DNA from: Octopus bimaculoides
Lineage: Eukaryota
Length of the DNA stretch: 64,000 nucleotides
Assembly: GCF_001194135.2 (NCBI RefSeq)
Contig: NC_068981.1
Coordinates: 37,921,038 to 37,985,037, forward strand
Direction: 5' to 3'
This document shows, one piece after another, positions 39,300 through 52,140 of this stretch (the first letter of the stretch is position 1; the number at the start of each line of letters is the position of its first letter). Position numbers and translations under genes: made by a program. The notes beneath the pieces were generated by a model, which was not told the DNA's origin, did no database searches, and saw only the letters and a program-made list of their open reading frames with translations.

Positions 39300-40080
39300 A
39301 CTAAGGTGCCCCACTGAAAATACCATCTAATTTCTTGCTTATTTATTGCTTAAAGCTTAACTCATCAACATTCTACCAAACTTTTCTTCAACTTATCTGT
39401 AAGTACACAAAGTTGCCAAATGTAAAAACTATCCCAGTCTTTCCAAATGACAAAAGGCAGCTAGTCCTGACAATAGCCCTTCCATTGCATTTCAAGTAGT
39501 GTACTCAACAACAAGCTCCTATCCTTGTTAAACTCATCAATCTTACTTGTTCTACAGGAATCTATACAAATCTATCACGAGAATGGTTACCTCCCTGCTT
39601 CTGCTCACTTTATTGCTCTTGCTTCTAATATCTTAAAGTAATAGAAACGATCATAGATGACTGCCTTCCAACCGTAAGTCTATTTCTCTCTCCCTAGTAA
39701 CTACACTACTATTGTTCTGTTGAGACAGATTTATGAGAGATGTACTCTTTTACATTACATACTACTGGTCTCCTTTAAAATTTCGTTACCTTTATATTTT
39801 TTGATGTTCTCAAAACCTTTGATCATATCTAAAATTAAAGTCTCTCAGCTATGTTACCCAGAGGCTACCTCAGTCTGTACATTTCCTGGAACAGTAGTCC
39901 CTTATCAGACTACTCAGTTGAAGGGGGCTGTCTCCACACTATTAGCTGTCTCCAAGCAGCACTCTATCAGCTCCAGCATATCACAATGTTTGGTTATGTT
40001 ACCCACTCATTAACATTCATTTTTCTGTGCATTAACAACAAATTTATCATCAATTTTAATAACACACTATCATATCTTTT
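39300..40080 (+). mobile_element. Decayed CR1-like LINE RT fragment
   Basis: FDVLKTFDH (cf. LDISKAFDKV) and SKQHSISSSISQCLVMLPT (cf. SINSGVPQGSVLSPTLF), followed by an FINxx-like segment. Confidence 0.55.
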
Positions 40081-40269
40081 TTAATACTCCTTAATTTTTA
40101 ACACACAACTCTCCACATAAAATTTAGGTATCACATACTACATTAGTATTGATTCCACGGAGAGAGGTCTTGGAGACACTTTTCAATGGAGACATGGCAA
40201 GTTAAAATCATTCCACAATAACAAGTGATAATTGTTCTACTTTCTTGAAAAAAATCTTACACTACATAC

Positions 40270-40945
40270 TTCAATAGAGAAATAATGCACAAATGTGGAA
40301 TGATGCTGAAGAGTGTGAATAGGATAATATCCTTATATTGCAGAGAAATTTTTGTCAGTGGCCAGCCATGAGACTCAAACTCACATCTCTGTGATTACCA
40401 GTCAGGTGCTTTACCATTAAGCTAAACTGCCTACTGACAAATTAGCTTAATGATAAAGCACTTGACTGGTAAGCGCATAGATGTAAGTTCAGGTCTCATG
40501 GCTGGCTGCTGACAAATTTTTTCTGCAATATAAGGAGATGCTATTCAGCATTATTTTGTGTTTGAGAATAAATTATCTCCATATCTGTATATTTCAATAC
40601 ATCTTAACAATTATAACACAAACAAAAAACACAAACTTTGTTTACATATATTGTAATTTGAATTTCACATACAGTGTCTATAAAAGGCTAAGTTTATAAG
40701 TTCAAAAATTGCAGAAAAAATTGTCAGTGGGCAGTTTAGCTTAATGGTAAAGCACTTGACCAGTAATCACAGAGATGTTAGTTTCAGTCTCATGGCTGGC
40801 TGCTGACAAATTTATCTGCAATATAAGGATATTATCCTAGTCATGCTGTTCAGCATTATTCTACGTTTGAGAATAACTTATCTCCATATCTGGATATTTC
40901 AATATATCTCAACACTTCTAAAAAAAACGCAAACTTTGTTTATGT
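40270..40945. mobile_element. Three copies of a tRNA-like element: minus 40270-40438, plus 40442-40650, plus 40708-40945
   Basis: Core ggcagtttagcttaatggtaaagcacttgac..gtaatcacagagatgtgagtt.gagtctcatggctggc has A-box and B-box-like motifs and folds as a cloverleaf; the copies share a downstream tail. Confidence 0.8.
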
Positions 40946-41882
40946 ATTTATGTAAGTGGTTCTTACAATTGTGATTATCGAACTGATTTACATGCATACA
41001 CATACATTGACAACCCCCTACACACTCATACATATTTAAATTCAGCTGAAATCAAGAATTAAATGACAATTTTATTTGAAAATGCTCTAAATTAGAATTA
41101 TGTAATTGATTACTTGGAAATAATTGTAAGTTAAAGTGTCATCCTGGTTTTCTGAGGGAGTAAGTGCATAAATTAAGTACAACAGTACAAACTAAGAAAA
41201 CCTATATGTGTACATATATGTCATACCTGTGTGTGTCCACACAATCATGCATGCATTTGTTCCTCTATATTCATGTATTTCCATCTGTGAGATCGCAAAG
41301 CCGAGTGTGTTTTCAACTGTATTGATTCACTGCTACAATGGTTTCATTTTACCTATGCTACCAGCACTCTATAAAAAAGGATGAATGTCATAATACAGTC
41401 TTTCCTTTCCTTTACCAATAACTCAGTCTTCCACGTTTGTGTCAGAAAACAACGTTTACTTTTTCCATACTTATTTACTTACACAGATAAAATAATAAAG
41501 TAAAACTATTCAAGTAATATTTTTATCAATAAAAACTTTAAGCGCATAGATAAAACTATATTCGTTATTATTGTTATATTTAGATTTTTCAGATAATTAA
41601 CCACAGAGAATGTGTTTTAGATGTTCCTCCGATCTTGCTGCACAGTACTTTGAGGTGACTGAATTTAGTAAATGTTAAGAAAAATATGCTGAAACCCACA
41701 GTCTATGTATATACACACATATGCACACATGTGCACATGTGCATATGCATAGACAATATTACATGACTGTGTTTATATATACAGTACTCTAAAACCATTG
41801 TTGTTTACATTTCTTTATGTCTCTGTATGTCCTATAGCTTAACAATTTAACAAATATGAGTCAATAAATTAAGTACCCATTT

Positions 41883-42218
41883 ATTCTAAATATGTTCTGG
41901 CAGATTTGAATGTGAATATGTGCTGATCACAATCTTATTTTGTCAGGAGAGAACATCTCCTTTCAGACGAATGAGTGTTCATAACACACTTGATTTATTG
42001 GCATTGGGGGACTTTGGGACAGCTAGTGTTTCAACATCATTGGGTCACCTCAACCAAAGCTACCTTAGACTAATGAACCTAACAAGAATTTCTTGTGGCA
42101 CTTGTTTATCATTTCAGCAAACAAATCATTTGCTGATGCACAGAAGTTGTTCTCTGTTGATGGAATGCAACAGTTATTAACATATTCATGTTTGAATCTG
42201 CCAGAATATATTAAGAAT
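41883..42218. mobile_element. ~335 bp MITE-like element with 39 bp TIRs
   Basis: 41883-41921 versus the reverse complement of 42180-42218: 33/39 identical; most mismatches are transitions consistent with CpG decay. Confidence 0.8.
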
Positions 42219-42303
42219 GAATGTATAAATCATTGTTTTGATTTTCACTGATCACTATATACATGACAATTTATTATCACTTGGCAGATATCAGATCACA
42301 CGA

Positions 42304-42548
42304 GCAAATGATTTGTTTGCTGAAATTATAAACAAGATCGATAACAAACTCTGGATAGATTCATTAGTGCAGGGTGGCTTAGACTGAGGATACACAATGA
42401 TGTCAAAACGCTGGGTGTCCCAAAGTCTCCTCGTGCTAAGGAATTGAGTGTGTTATAAACCCACATTTGTCAGAAAAATGTTCTCCATTGATGAAATATG
42501 GCAGAGGTTATCATATTCACATTTGAATTTGCTTAAATGTATTAAGAA
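42304..42548. mobile_element. Second, inverted copy of the same MITE
   Basis: The reverse complement aligns to 41885-42133 (ggagaacat...ggactttgggaca...aacatcattg...ctaatgaa...atttcagcaaacaaatcatttgc). Confidence 0.8.
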
Positions 42549-43092
42549 AGAATATGTAAGTCATCTTTTTATGCAAGGTGTTCACCATGCATATGACAAG
42601 GAAATGAATACTGATCTACTAAAATTTTTATAGGCAGTACCCATAATGATTGTAGAGCAATTGCTGAAACTGGTTAAAGAATAAAAGTGGTGTTTAGATA
42701 AAGAGTTGATTATTTAGAGGAGAACATTATATTTGAGGTAGTGTTTGAACTCATGTTATTTTATGCATATAGCTGACATTTTCCACACTCAACCTTAAAA
42801 ATGCATTTCTACAGATAGTAAAGAAAATACCTAATCTGGGGAGATTATTGATCTTCTGTATCTGCAAAATCAGTTGATAAACTTGCAAAATCAAATAAGC
42901 ATGTGGGCTAAGACAAGTAGGGAATTCTAATATCTCAAGCATAATCCTTTGAAATTCATTTCTTCCCCCACGGTACACAGATTCTTTCAATTCTATATGC
43001 AGTAGAGGTTACCTCTTAAAAGAAATATGTTTATTCACAATTTTCCATAATTTCTTTTACAGTAAATATTAAAGAAGCGTGCAGGGGATATT

Positions 43093-43182
43093 TGTGTGTG
43101 TGTGTGTGTGTTTGTGTGTGTGTTTGTGTGTGTGTTTGTGTGTGTGTGTTTGTGTGTGNNNNNNNNNNTGTGTGTGTGTGTT

Positions 43183-43213
<31 letters not shown>

Positions 43214-43230
43214 GTATGTGTGTGTGTGTG
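43093..43230. repeat. (GT)n/(GTGTGTTT)n microsatellite containing a 10-N gap (43159-43168)
   Basis: Direct inspection. Confidence 0.95.
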
Positions 43231-43399
43231 TACGTACTTGTGTGTGAAGTGTGAATATAGAAGAGAGAAATACGAAGATAAAAAGAAAGAAAGCAGAGAG
43301 ATAATATGAAAGATGTTTGAAACATTATTGTAATTACAATCTGAATGTAGATTGAGAAACCTACCATCAAATTAATCCTGTAGGTAACAGATCAAAATG

Positions 43400-43760
43400 G
43401 TTGCCATGTTGAGAATATTAAAAGAATCAGAGTTGTGCAATCAACTGGATCATAAATCAGCACTAATGTTTGCCAAAGTGATTTCAGTTCTTCACATCGG
43501 TGGTTACTTCAATTTTTCTTCAATTATTACTCACATCCAACACTGCTATCCTCCTCATCACCAACAATATGTTGAAATTTGTGTTACTCAACGTACTTTC
43601 CTCCCAGAAGACCATATTTTCAATATGTGTTGCTTCTGCTGAAGCTGATCCATATGAGATGAGTCTTCATGGTTAGATAGCCATAACTGTGTTAATCTTC
43701 CCATTATTGAAATCAGTTCCTGCTCATAAGCAATGACACAATCTTATCATCATCCTACTT
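43400..43760 (-). mobile_element. Possible decayed LINE AP-endonuclease fragment
   Basis: MKTHL (cf. LQETHL), RRIAVL (cf. RGVAIL) and ITLANISA (cf. ITLVNIYAP) occur in the right order but in broken frames. Confidence 0.3.
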
Positions 43761-44504
43761 TTTTCTGTTTACGAATGTAACACAGCTATTCATTATTAAT
43801 GCAGTCGTGTATTTCCATTTCATTTAATTTTATCAGTTTTCTCATTTCACTCTTTTGTTTGATAAATCACATTTCTAGTTTTCTATTTTAATTCTTTTCT
43901 CTTCCAGCCCTTAAGCTCTACAATCCATTCTATTGCTACACTTATCATACAATTCTTTTTCCATTCTCTTTCTAATATTCTTATCCACTCTCAAGACTTT
44001 CTTCCAAAAGAACGATGTTAAATCTCTTTGGCTATTTGACTCCCTTTTATTTCTTTACCATTTTAACTTAATAATTACTTTATGGCTGTTTCCTCTCTTT
44101 TTCTTTATTCCCTTTTATTTTTATCTTCTCAATTCAGTAATTTCAGGTGCCTCTATTACATTTTTCATTTTTTTGACTCGATTTTCCTTACTTTCAAATT
44201 TCCTTGTTTAGTTTGTGTTTCTTCCATTAAAAGTTAATTCCTGTTCCTATTTAGTATGGCTTCTTTTATGTTATGTGTTTTTTTTTAAAATTTAATCTAA
44301 TCAGTTAACCGTTCTTTTGCTAAACCACACTCTGTTTATCTTCAGCATTGTTACAAAGTTGTCGATCAGGTTTACAAAACCTTTTGCAATTTTCCCAGTC
44401 ATGATGCGAATGACAATAATCCTGACTAAACTTCAAAAGAGCAAGTATTTATGTTACTGTTTTAAGTTTCAGTTGGATGAATAAATGCCACGAAAAACAA
44501 ATTA

Positions 44505-44830
44505 ATAATAGGTGCAGGTCTAGTTGTGTGGTAAGAAGCTTCCTTCCCGACCACATGGTTCCAGGTTCAGTTCCCACAACATGGCACCTTGGCCAAGTGT
44601 CTTCTACTACAACCTCGGGCAAACCAAAGCCTTGTAAGTGGATTTGGTAGATGGAAACTGAAAGAAGCCTGTCGTACAATATAAGGAGTTTAGTTCTCTG
44701 GTGATCTAAATGAATAGGTACACTGAGTAAGAGCTATAATTGGTCGATTTGTCCAACAAAAACCCTTCAAAGTGGTGCTCCAGCATGGTCCCACTCAAAT
44801 GACTAAAACAAATGAAAGAATAAAAAAATA
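44505..44830 (+). mobile_element. tRNA-headed SINE followed by the tail of a second SINE family
   Basis: gttgtgtggtaagaagcttccttcccgaccacatggttccaggttcagttccc...gaaactgaaagaagcctgtcgta; then ccagcatggtcccactcaaatgactaaaacaa. Confidence 0.8.
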
Positions 44831-44904
44831 AAGGAATATACATATTTAAATGCTATTATTTATAGCTTTATCTGCTTCAAGAGCTACCGTTCCAGAAAAA
44901 ATTA

Positions 44905-45330
44905 TCATCATCATCATCATCATTCAATATCAGCTTCTAATTTCTGGCATGGGTTGGACAGTTTGACATGGAGATGCCTAGCAGGAAGCAGTCCAGACTC
45001 CAGCTGTCAGATGGGGCATGGTTTCTATGGCTGGATGTCCTTCCTAGCACTAGCCATTTAACAGAATGTGCTGGGTGCCTTTTACGTGCCACCAGCACAG
45101 GTGCTTTCTAAATGACAATGGCACCTGAAAGNNNNNNNNNNGACAATGGCACCTGAAAGAACAAGCCTGCATGTGTGGAAGATAGTGGCTTTACTTAGTT
45201 TCGCATGTTTTATCATGTACAGCAAATCATCATATCACCTGGGTCCTTGTCATTTCCTCAGTGAGGCTCAGAGTCCAAAGATCCATTCTCATTAGTTTGT
45301 CCCACATCTTCCTGGGTCAACTCCTTCCAC
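44905..45330 (-). mobile_element. RTE LINE 3' end and tail, with a 10-N gap (45132-45141) whose flank is duplicated
   Basis: Colinear with 63010-63420; gacaatggcacctgaaag is repeated either side of the Ns. Confidence 0.75.
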
Positions 45331-45403
45331 AAATAGCCTCCACAATTAGAGTTTGGTACTTCTTTATGCAGCTGTCCTCATATACATTTATATATATATA
45401 TGT

Positions 45404-45447
<44 letters not shown>

Positions 45448-45464
45448 ATCATCATCATCCTCCT

Positions 45465-45830
45465 CATCATCATTGTCGTTTAACGTCTACTTTCCATGCT
45501 GACATGGGTTGGACGGTTTGACTGAGGGCTGGTGAGCCAGAAGGCTGCACCAGGCTCCAATCTGTTCTGGCAAAGTTTCTACAAGTGGATGTCCTTCCTA
45601 ATGCCAACCACTCCGAGAGTGTAGTGGGTGCTTTTTACGTGCCACTGGCATGAGGGCCAGTCAGGCGGTACTGGCATCGACCACACTCAAATGGTGCTTT
45701 TTACATGCCACTGGCACAAGAGCCAGTCAGGTGGCACTGGCAATGACCAAACTCAAATGGTGCTTTTTATGTGCCACGGACATGGGAGCCAGTCAGGCTC
45801 TTGTGTCGATGGCACATAAAAGAGCGCCAT
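45465..45830 (-). mobile_element. RTE-tail-type SINE with three ~63 bp internal tandem units
   Basis: Repeated gtgctttttacgtgccactggcatgagggccagtcaggcggtactggcatcgaccacactcaaatg. Confidence 0.85.
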
Positions 45831-47269
45831 ACATATATATGAAGATATATATATATATTACTATGTAATATAGAAAAAGCAACCAACAGGCACAAATCTG
45901 ACTGCAAGTACCATGTTTTCATTAATTGTTTTGTGTGTTTGTATAGTCACAAACAAACATGGCCACCTTTTGGCCCTCACCTCTTTTGATGTAACAGAAT
46001 ATCAAGGATGTGATTGTGAAGAGAAAGAGGGTTGTACCAAAATGAAGCTGTTGCTTATTTTTAGCAGAATAGACTGGAGCAATGAGGAATAAAGTGCTTT
46101 GCTTAGGGACATGATTCCTGGTCTAGGAATTGAATAGACCCACTTAAACATTACATAAATTGTCATTGTAATTTATACTGATTTCTTAATTAGGTTTACA
46201 ACAATGAGGTTTTAGTAGTAGGAAATCTTTAAAAGATGCTTAGAAGAGTAAGAGATAAAAAGTGAGAATCAGATCTGCCTTTTGGACTCAAGCCTCAACA
46301 ATTTTTGAAATTCTTTTACAATGTTTATTGTATTGATGAGGATAGTTATGTATTAAGATGGTTATGGTTATGAAATTGTAAGGATTAGAGAGATAGATAT
46401 GAACATTTTTAAAAATAATACTGGATATATTTTATCAATGTTCTTTTTTTTTTCTGACTTTCTAACTTTATTTCATGAGTCATCATGACCTGCCATTGTT
46501 TCATAAACCTGATTTCATATTTATATGTTTCACTCCAAAACATTAAATAATGAAAGAATATAAACAAAATTTCAAAGCTGAAAGCAGTAATTTCACATGT
46601 ATATCAATAAAATTGCTTTGCACCATGTATGCTACAAGTTTCCTCAACATCACAATTTATTATATAACCGAATTTGTCATTAAATATTCATGTTAATGAG
46701 CTTCCCCATCTTTCCAACAACAACATCCATATTTCTAATGTAAGCATCTATGTGGCATCTTTATCAATTAATAGTTAATGGCCTTCACTAGTTAGCTCAC
46801 CTAGCTCACTACCATCACATGTATTTGGAGAGCTTTTAAATTAACATTTAATATTCTGAAGCATCACTGCTTATTCCCTGCAGGATTGCCCAAGTAATTT
46901 CTTTCTCTCCACTAAAAAAAAAAAAAAAAAGAAAATGAAAAAGAGAAATTACTTAACCCCACAGGGAATAAGCATTATTCCCTTTTGTATGAAAAAATTC
47001 AGGTGATTGAAATTATAATAAAAACAATACCTGTAAGCCATAACAAAAGTAAATCACTTTTTTTTAGAAAAGTCTGTGAAGCAGATAGAATAATAAAACT
47101 AGGGCTACATATTGTCTCAATTAGATAGAAATTTTACAAAAACAAACAATGTGAATAATGAGGTTGATGGTGATAGTGACAAAGACAACAACCATGAGGA
47201 TAATGATGGTGAGGAGGAAGAATCTCTTGGCTGCATAAATGATAATAACACTAAAGGATTCTAGTGTGT

Positions 47270-47660
47270 ATGTGATTGGTATATCATCATCATCATCCTC
47301 ATCATCATCATCCTCATCATCATCATCATCATTATCATTATCATCCTTTAACGTCCTCTTTCCATTCTGGCATGGGTTGGACGGTTGGACTGAGGACTGG
47401 CAAGTCAGGAGGCTGCATCAGGCTCCAATCTGATCTGGCAAGGTTTCTACAGTTGGATGCCCTTCCTAATGCCAACCATTCTGAGAGTGAAATGGGTGCT
47501 TTTTACGTGCCAATGGCATGGGGGTCAGTCAGGCAGCACTGGTATTGACCATGCTCGAATGGTGCTTTTTACATGTCACTGGCATGGGGCCAGTCAGGCG
47601 GCACTAGCATCGGCTGCACTCATATGGTGCTTTTTACATGCCACCAGTACAGGATGCAAC
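47270..47660 (-). mobile_element. RTE-tail-type SINE with 2-3 internal tandem units
   Basis: Colinear with 45465-45830. Confidence 0.85.
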
Positions 47661-49446
47661 ATTCCATATACAGAGCAGTAGCTGAAGTGCCAATTTATAG
47701 CCCAATAAATTCATCTTTGCGATATGTAATGTTATGTCTTTCAACAAGTTTCGTTACTCTGCTTGTTCTCAACTCATATAGACATTGTTAATGAGAGAGG
47801 TTCAGAAATGTATAAAAACAAGAAAAAGAAACAGAAACAAGGAATTTAAAATTGTTTAGAATCATTCAAACCTGAGGAAAAAAACTAGACCAATAGGAAT
47901 GTTTACAAATTAAATTAGTTTTCTAAACTCTCATTCATCTTCATACAAAACAAACTCAGAATTTCATAATTCATGGAATGAGTTATAATATAACTGGTGG
48001 GGTTGGTCTTAGGAAAGATATCTGACAGTGCCAAATTTGAAAGCTGAATTTCCAAAACAATCCAAATTTTATTTATTCATTCCTTATGTGAGTGTTTTTC
48101 CTTGATAGCAGGGTCAGACGAATATATAACTGATGTATTGTTTTGCAGCTTGATGAAAATTATGAGACTAACCCACAAATGATTTACAAGTGAAATATCT
48201 TTTATTCCACATGACTTCAAAGACATGATGTGAGTGGACAAGTTACTGACAGATGTTCCAACAGCAACACTGCTTAAGACTTTATAATTTTTGAATAAAC
48301 TAATAAGCTAGCTTGGATGTAAACAGACATACCAATATACACACATGTGCACACAAACATATATATGAATACGTACACACACACACACAAACACACAAAC
48401 AATGAGCTCCTTTATAATTTCATCTACTGAATTTACTCACAAGGCTTTGGTCAACTGGAAGCCATAACAGAAGATACTTCTCTAAATTGTTGCACTATAA
48501 GACTGAAGCCAATGCCAAAAATCACCAGTGCCTGTATGAAACTATAATATATTAAAAGATATGATACTGGAAAACAGAAATTCCAGATCGAAAGTATTCA
48601 ATTCTCTTCCACTACTAGCAGTACTGGCATGTCCTTGAAATTTTGCCTATTACACTAATACACTATTTTATTCACACTTAGATTTATTTATCAGCATTGT
48701 TACTCTTTTGTACCTCACTATTCACATTGTGTGTCTTTCCCTTAAGGTCAGGCCACATTAACAGTGTTTTTTCTATGAAGTCTATGCCATGTCAAAGTAC
48801 TTTCTGCTGCCCTATTATCAGACTTCAAACACTGAATTGATTCAACAATACTTTACTTTACACTCGATATTAACTACATTAATTTAACTTATTCTCCTAC
48901 ACACATCACAGTCCAAGAAACCCCACTATCATCACAAAGTCAATGGGAAATATTTTGCTCATGAAATGCAATATGGAAAAAAAAAGCCAAAAAGAATACA
49001 GAAAGCAATTGTCTCTTCTCTATTTGAGAAAGTGATTAATCAGTCTGTAATTATCTTTGGTCAATATATTTTTGTCAGTAACAGTTCCAATCTCATGTCC
49101 ATAGCAAACTTTCAACAACCAGCTCAACTGATAAATATAAACTTCAATGTCATTACAAGCAGTACTTAAATTCAAGTAGTCAGTGAGACAGCTTTCAAAG
49201 CAGGAAAGACAAATAGCTGTTGTTATCCTTTAGTTGTAAACTTGCCAAAATTAAACTAGTCGAAGATAAGATGTCAAGATTATTTGTAAGCATGAGAGGA
49301 AGTTGGATAAGCAATCAGTTTCCTGGAATTTCATCCAAACATTTAGAATTAGTTCTCTAGTAAAGAGACCTGTCATTAATAATAACTGACAGAAAGATGC
49401 TAGTTGAGTCTTGAAGATATTCATAGGTCATTCTCTATTCATATGA

Positions 49447-49488
<42 letters not shown>

Positions 49489-50615
49489 AGAGAAAGAGGA
49501 AGAGAGAAAGTAAGTCTTAGTATTTCAACTCAGCACATCAGTTTTAATACAACGATCCAACATTGAGTCATTATCTCCCTAAATGGGTGGTATGATGAAC
49601 TCAAGTAAAAGTAAACTGATATCAAACAGACAACTAATTGAAATCCTAAATATTGTAAAGTTATATTTACTGCAAAGAAATTGTACAATTATATTTACTG
49701 TGGAGAGATGAAAGGTGAAGATAAAAAGAACAAGACATGATATTAGATATTCTTATTATTGAATATAAGATAGTAACCATTATATCCTTATTAATCATTC
49801 AAGTAGCTGAGTAAAGTTGAAGATTGTTTCCTGTAAACTATTTTATTCCTATGGCATAAACGTACAAAATGATCCAAACACTTAAGAAAAGCTGCCAGTG
49901 CGCTGTGAGATGTAAGTGCACTACAAATGTAATAACATTATATTTAAAAGATGCAAAAAATATTATCTAAATTTCAAAATAAAATGTCTTGCTAATTATG
50001 GCCCAATTATTGAATGAAAAATTAAATAGTTCATAATTTTCTTTAATTTACTTTAGTTTTATTTATAACCTAGAATATATAAATACTATATTTTGATACA
50101 GTTTTCTGTTTTGCACAAAGTGAACTAAAATATTCTTAGTTGCTCTCTAAAGTATACCACAAATGAAAACACAAATTTAGGAACTATTGGGTATCAAATT
50201 ATAAAATTATCAGCTCTGAGTTTATATCTCATTGTAGGTATTTTGTTGTAACTGTGAGTCCCGACACTTAATTCTCCTTGTTTATTCATTTAGCACAGTG
50301 ATTCTAAAAACTTTGTGTCCTCTTGAATGGTATATCCAAAATGCTCTCCACCAATGGTTTGCAGAAAATAACAGAAATAGTAGTAGAATATTCTAATCAA
50401 AAAGAAGCTAATTTTATACAAGGGTTTATTATTTATGATTTCTAAAAGGTTCCAGCATATGTCTCCTTTTTGATATTTGCATGGACTAGTGTCTCAATGA
50501 TAAAGTTTTGTGGAAATTGTTAAAGAAGGCAAAGACATATACAACAGATCAGATTAGGCTTTGGCACAAATAATTAGTTATGTTTTATATTTATTGATAA
50601 TACATCTTATATTCT

Positions 50616-51006
50616 CTGGAGGCGCAATGGCCCAGTGGTTAGGGCAGCAGACTCGCGGTCATAGGATCACGGTTTCGATTCTCAGACTGGGCATTGTGAG
50701 TGCTTATTGAGCCAAAACACCTAAAGCTCCACGAGGCTCCGGCAGAGGATGGTGGCGAACCCTGCTGTACTCTTTCACCACAACTTTCTCTCACTCTGTC
50801 TTCCTGTTTCTGTTGTACCTGTATTTCAAAGGGCCAGCCTTGTCACACTGTGTCACGCTGAATATCCCCGAGATCTACGTTAAGGGTACACATGTCTGTG
50901 GAGTGCTCAGCCACTTGCATGTTAATTTCACGAGCAGGCTATTCCGTTGATTGGATCAACTGGAACCCTTGACGCTGTAAGCGGTGGAGTGCCAACAACA
51001 ACAACA
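50616..51006 (+). mobile_element. Full-length tRNA-derived SINE with (AAC)n tail and 14 bp TSD
   Basis: Head ggaggcgcaatggcccagtggttagggcagcagactcgcgg...ggtttcgattc (A and B boxes); acatcttatattct duplicated at 50602-50615 and 51007-51020. Confidence 0.93.
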
Positions 51007-51559
51007 ACATCTTATATTCTAACCCTGACAAAGAGCTTTCGAAAATATGTTTGAAATATAAGTGTTGTACCTTGTTTAATTATTTTATTTCAAAGAAAAA
51101 ACACAACCCCTGTCCTGCAAAGCATCTCCTTGACATTTGTCACTCCTTTGTGAATTCACAATAACCTCAAGTAGGGTAACTATCATTTATTTTAAGAACC
51201 ACTTCACTAGTCATTAGTAATGAGCATCCTATGTAGGAAAAAATTTCTTCATATTTGGCTCTAGAGGAATTTAGCATAAACAATGATTTTAAGGGAGATT
51301 TAGTGTTGCATCATTTCTTGCTTATTTCTCATATTTTGGTTTGGGAATAAGAGGTAGTGCAATGACATTTTCAGGCATTCCCCATAATGGTTAGGTTGAG
51401 GAATAATTTTAACATTTTTATAGCTTACAAACTGAAGGAAGATCAGAGTAAATGATCCTTTCAAAGCCCCCAAAACATATAGGAGAAAGAGCAGACATTA
51501 TCCTTGGATTAAAGATCGAGCTCAAATGTTTGCAATAGAGTGGGCTCTCTTAAAGTCAC

Positions 51560-52140
51560 CAAATCGCCTGGTGGTGGTATTTAACTGGGTGATGGAAGAA
51601 GTTTGCCATTCAAGATAGGATTAATATTCATTTGACTTTCTGTAGGTTGATACATGCAGGGTAAACATGTGTATATGGGAAAAAATGGGATAGTTGTGGT
51701 TCTGGAGATAAAGGATCTGGTAAAATGTCTGGTGTAGAGTTTAGGCACATGACATACAGTAAGAATGACAAGAGAAAGGTGCAAGAAAATTTGTCAGGTT
51801 TATGTGATAGTGTTAGAGAGCTTACTTGTTCAGAGGAACGGAAACAGTTGTAGTAGTGATAAAAGAGACTAACAGAGAAAAGTATGCTAGAGAACAAATG
51901 ATTATAGAGTGCAAGTAAATGAAAGCTAGCATTCTCTATCCAAAATATTGTCTTATGCAGCAAGTAAGAATAATAGGTAATCTTCTAAGTGTGCAACTTA
52001 AGACTAACTTGGACATGTATGCTGTTAGTTTACTTGACATTCCTTTGTACATGACCATAATTGACCATTCACTTAAAGCTAAACTAAATAGTAATATGCA
52101 GAAATAATCTTTGAAATTATCTCCAATTTTCAACTACTAA
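51560..52140 (-). mobile_element. Decayed CR1-like LINE 3' fragment
   Basis: LSEWSIMVMYKGMSSKL resembles the LSWxxHI..xASxKL post-RT segment; the downstream sequence resembles a CR1 3' end. Confidence 0.45.

Noticed and set aside
40729-40805. Functional tRNA-Thr gene
   Set aside because: B-box and stems are mutated differently in each copy, and the core is embedded in a repeated element; treated as tRNA-derived.
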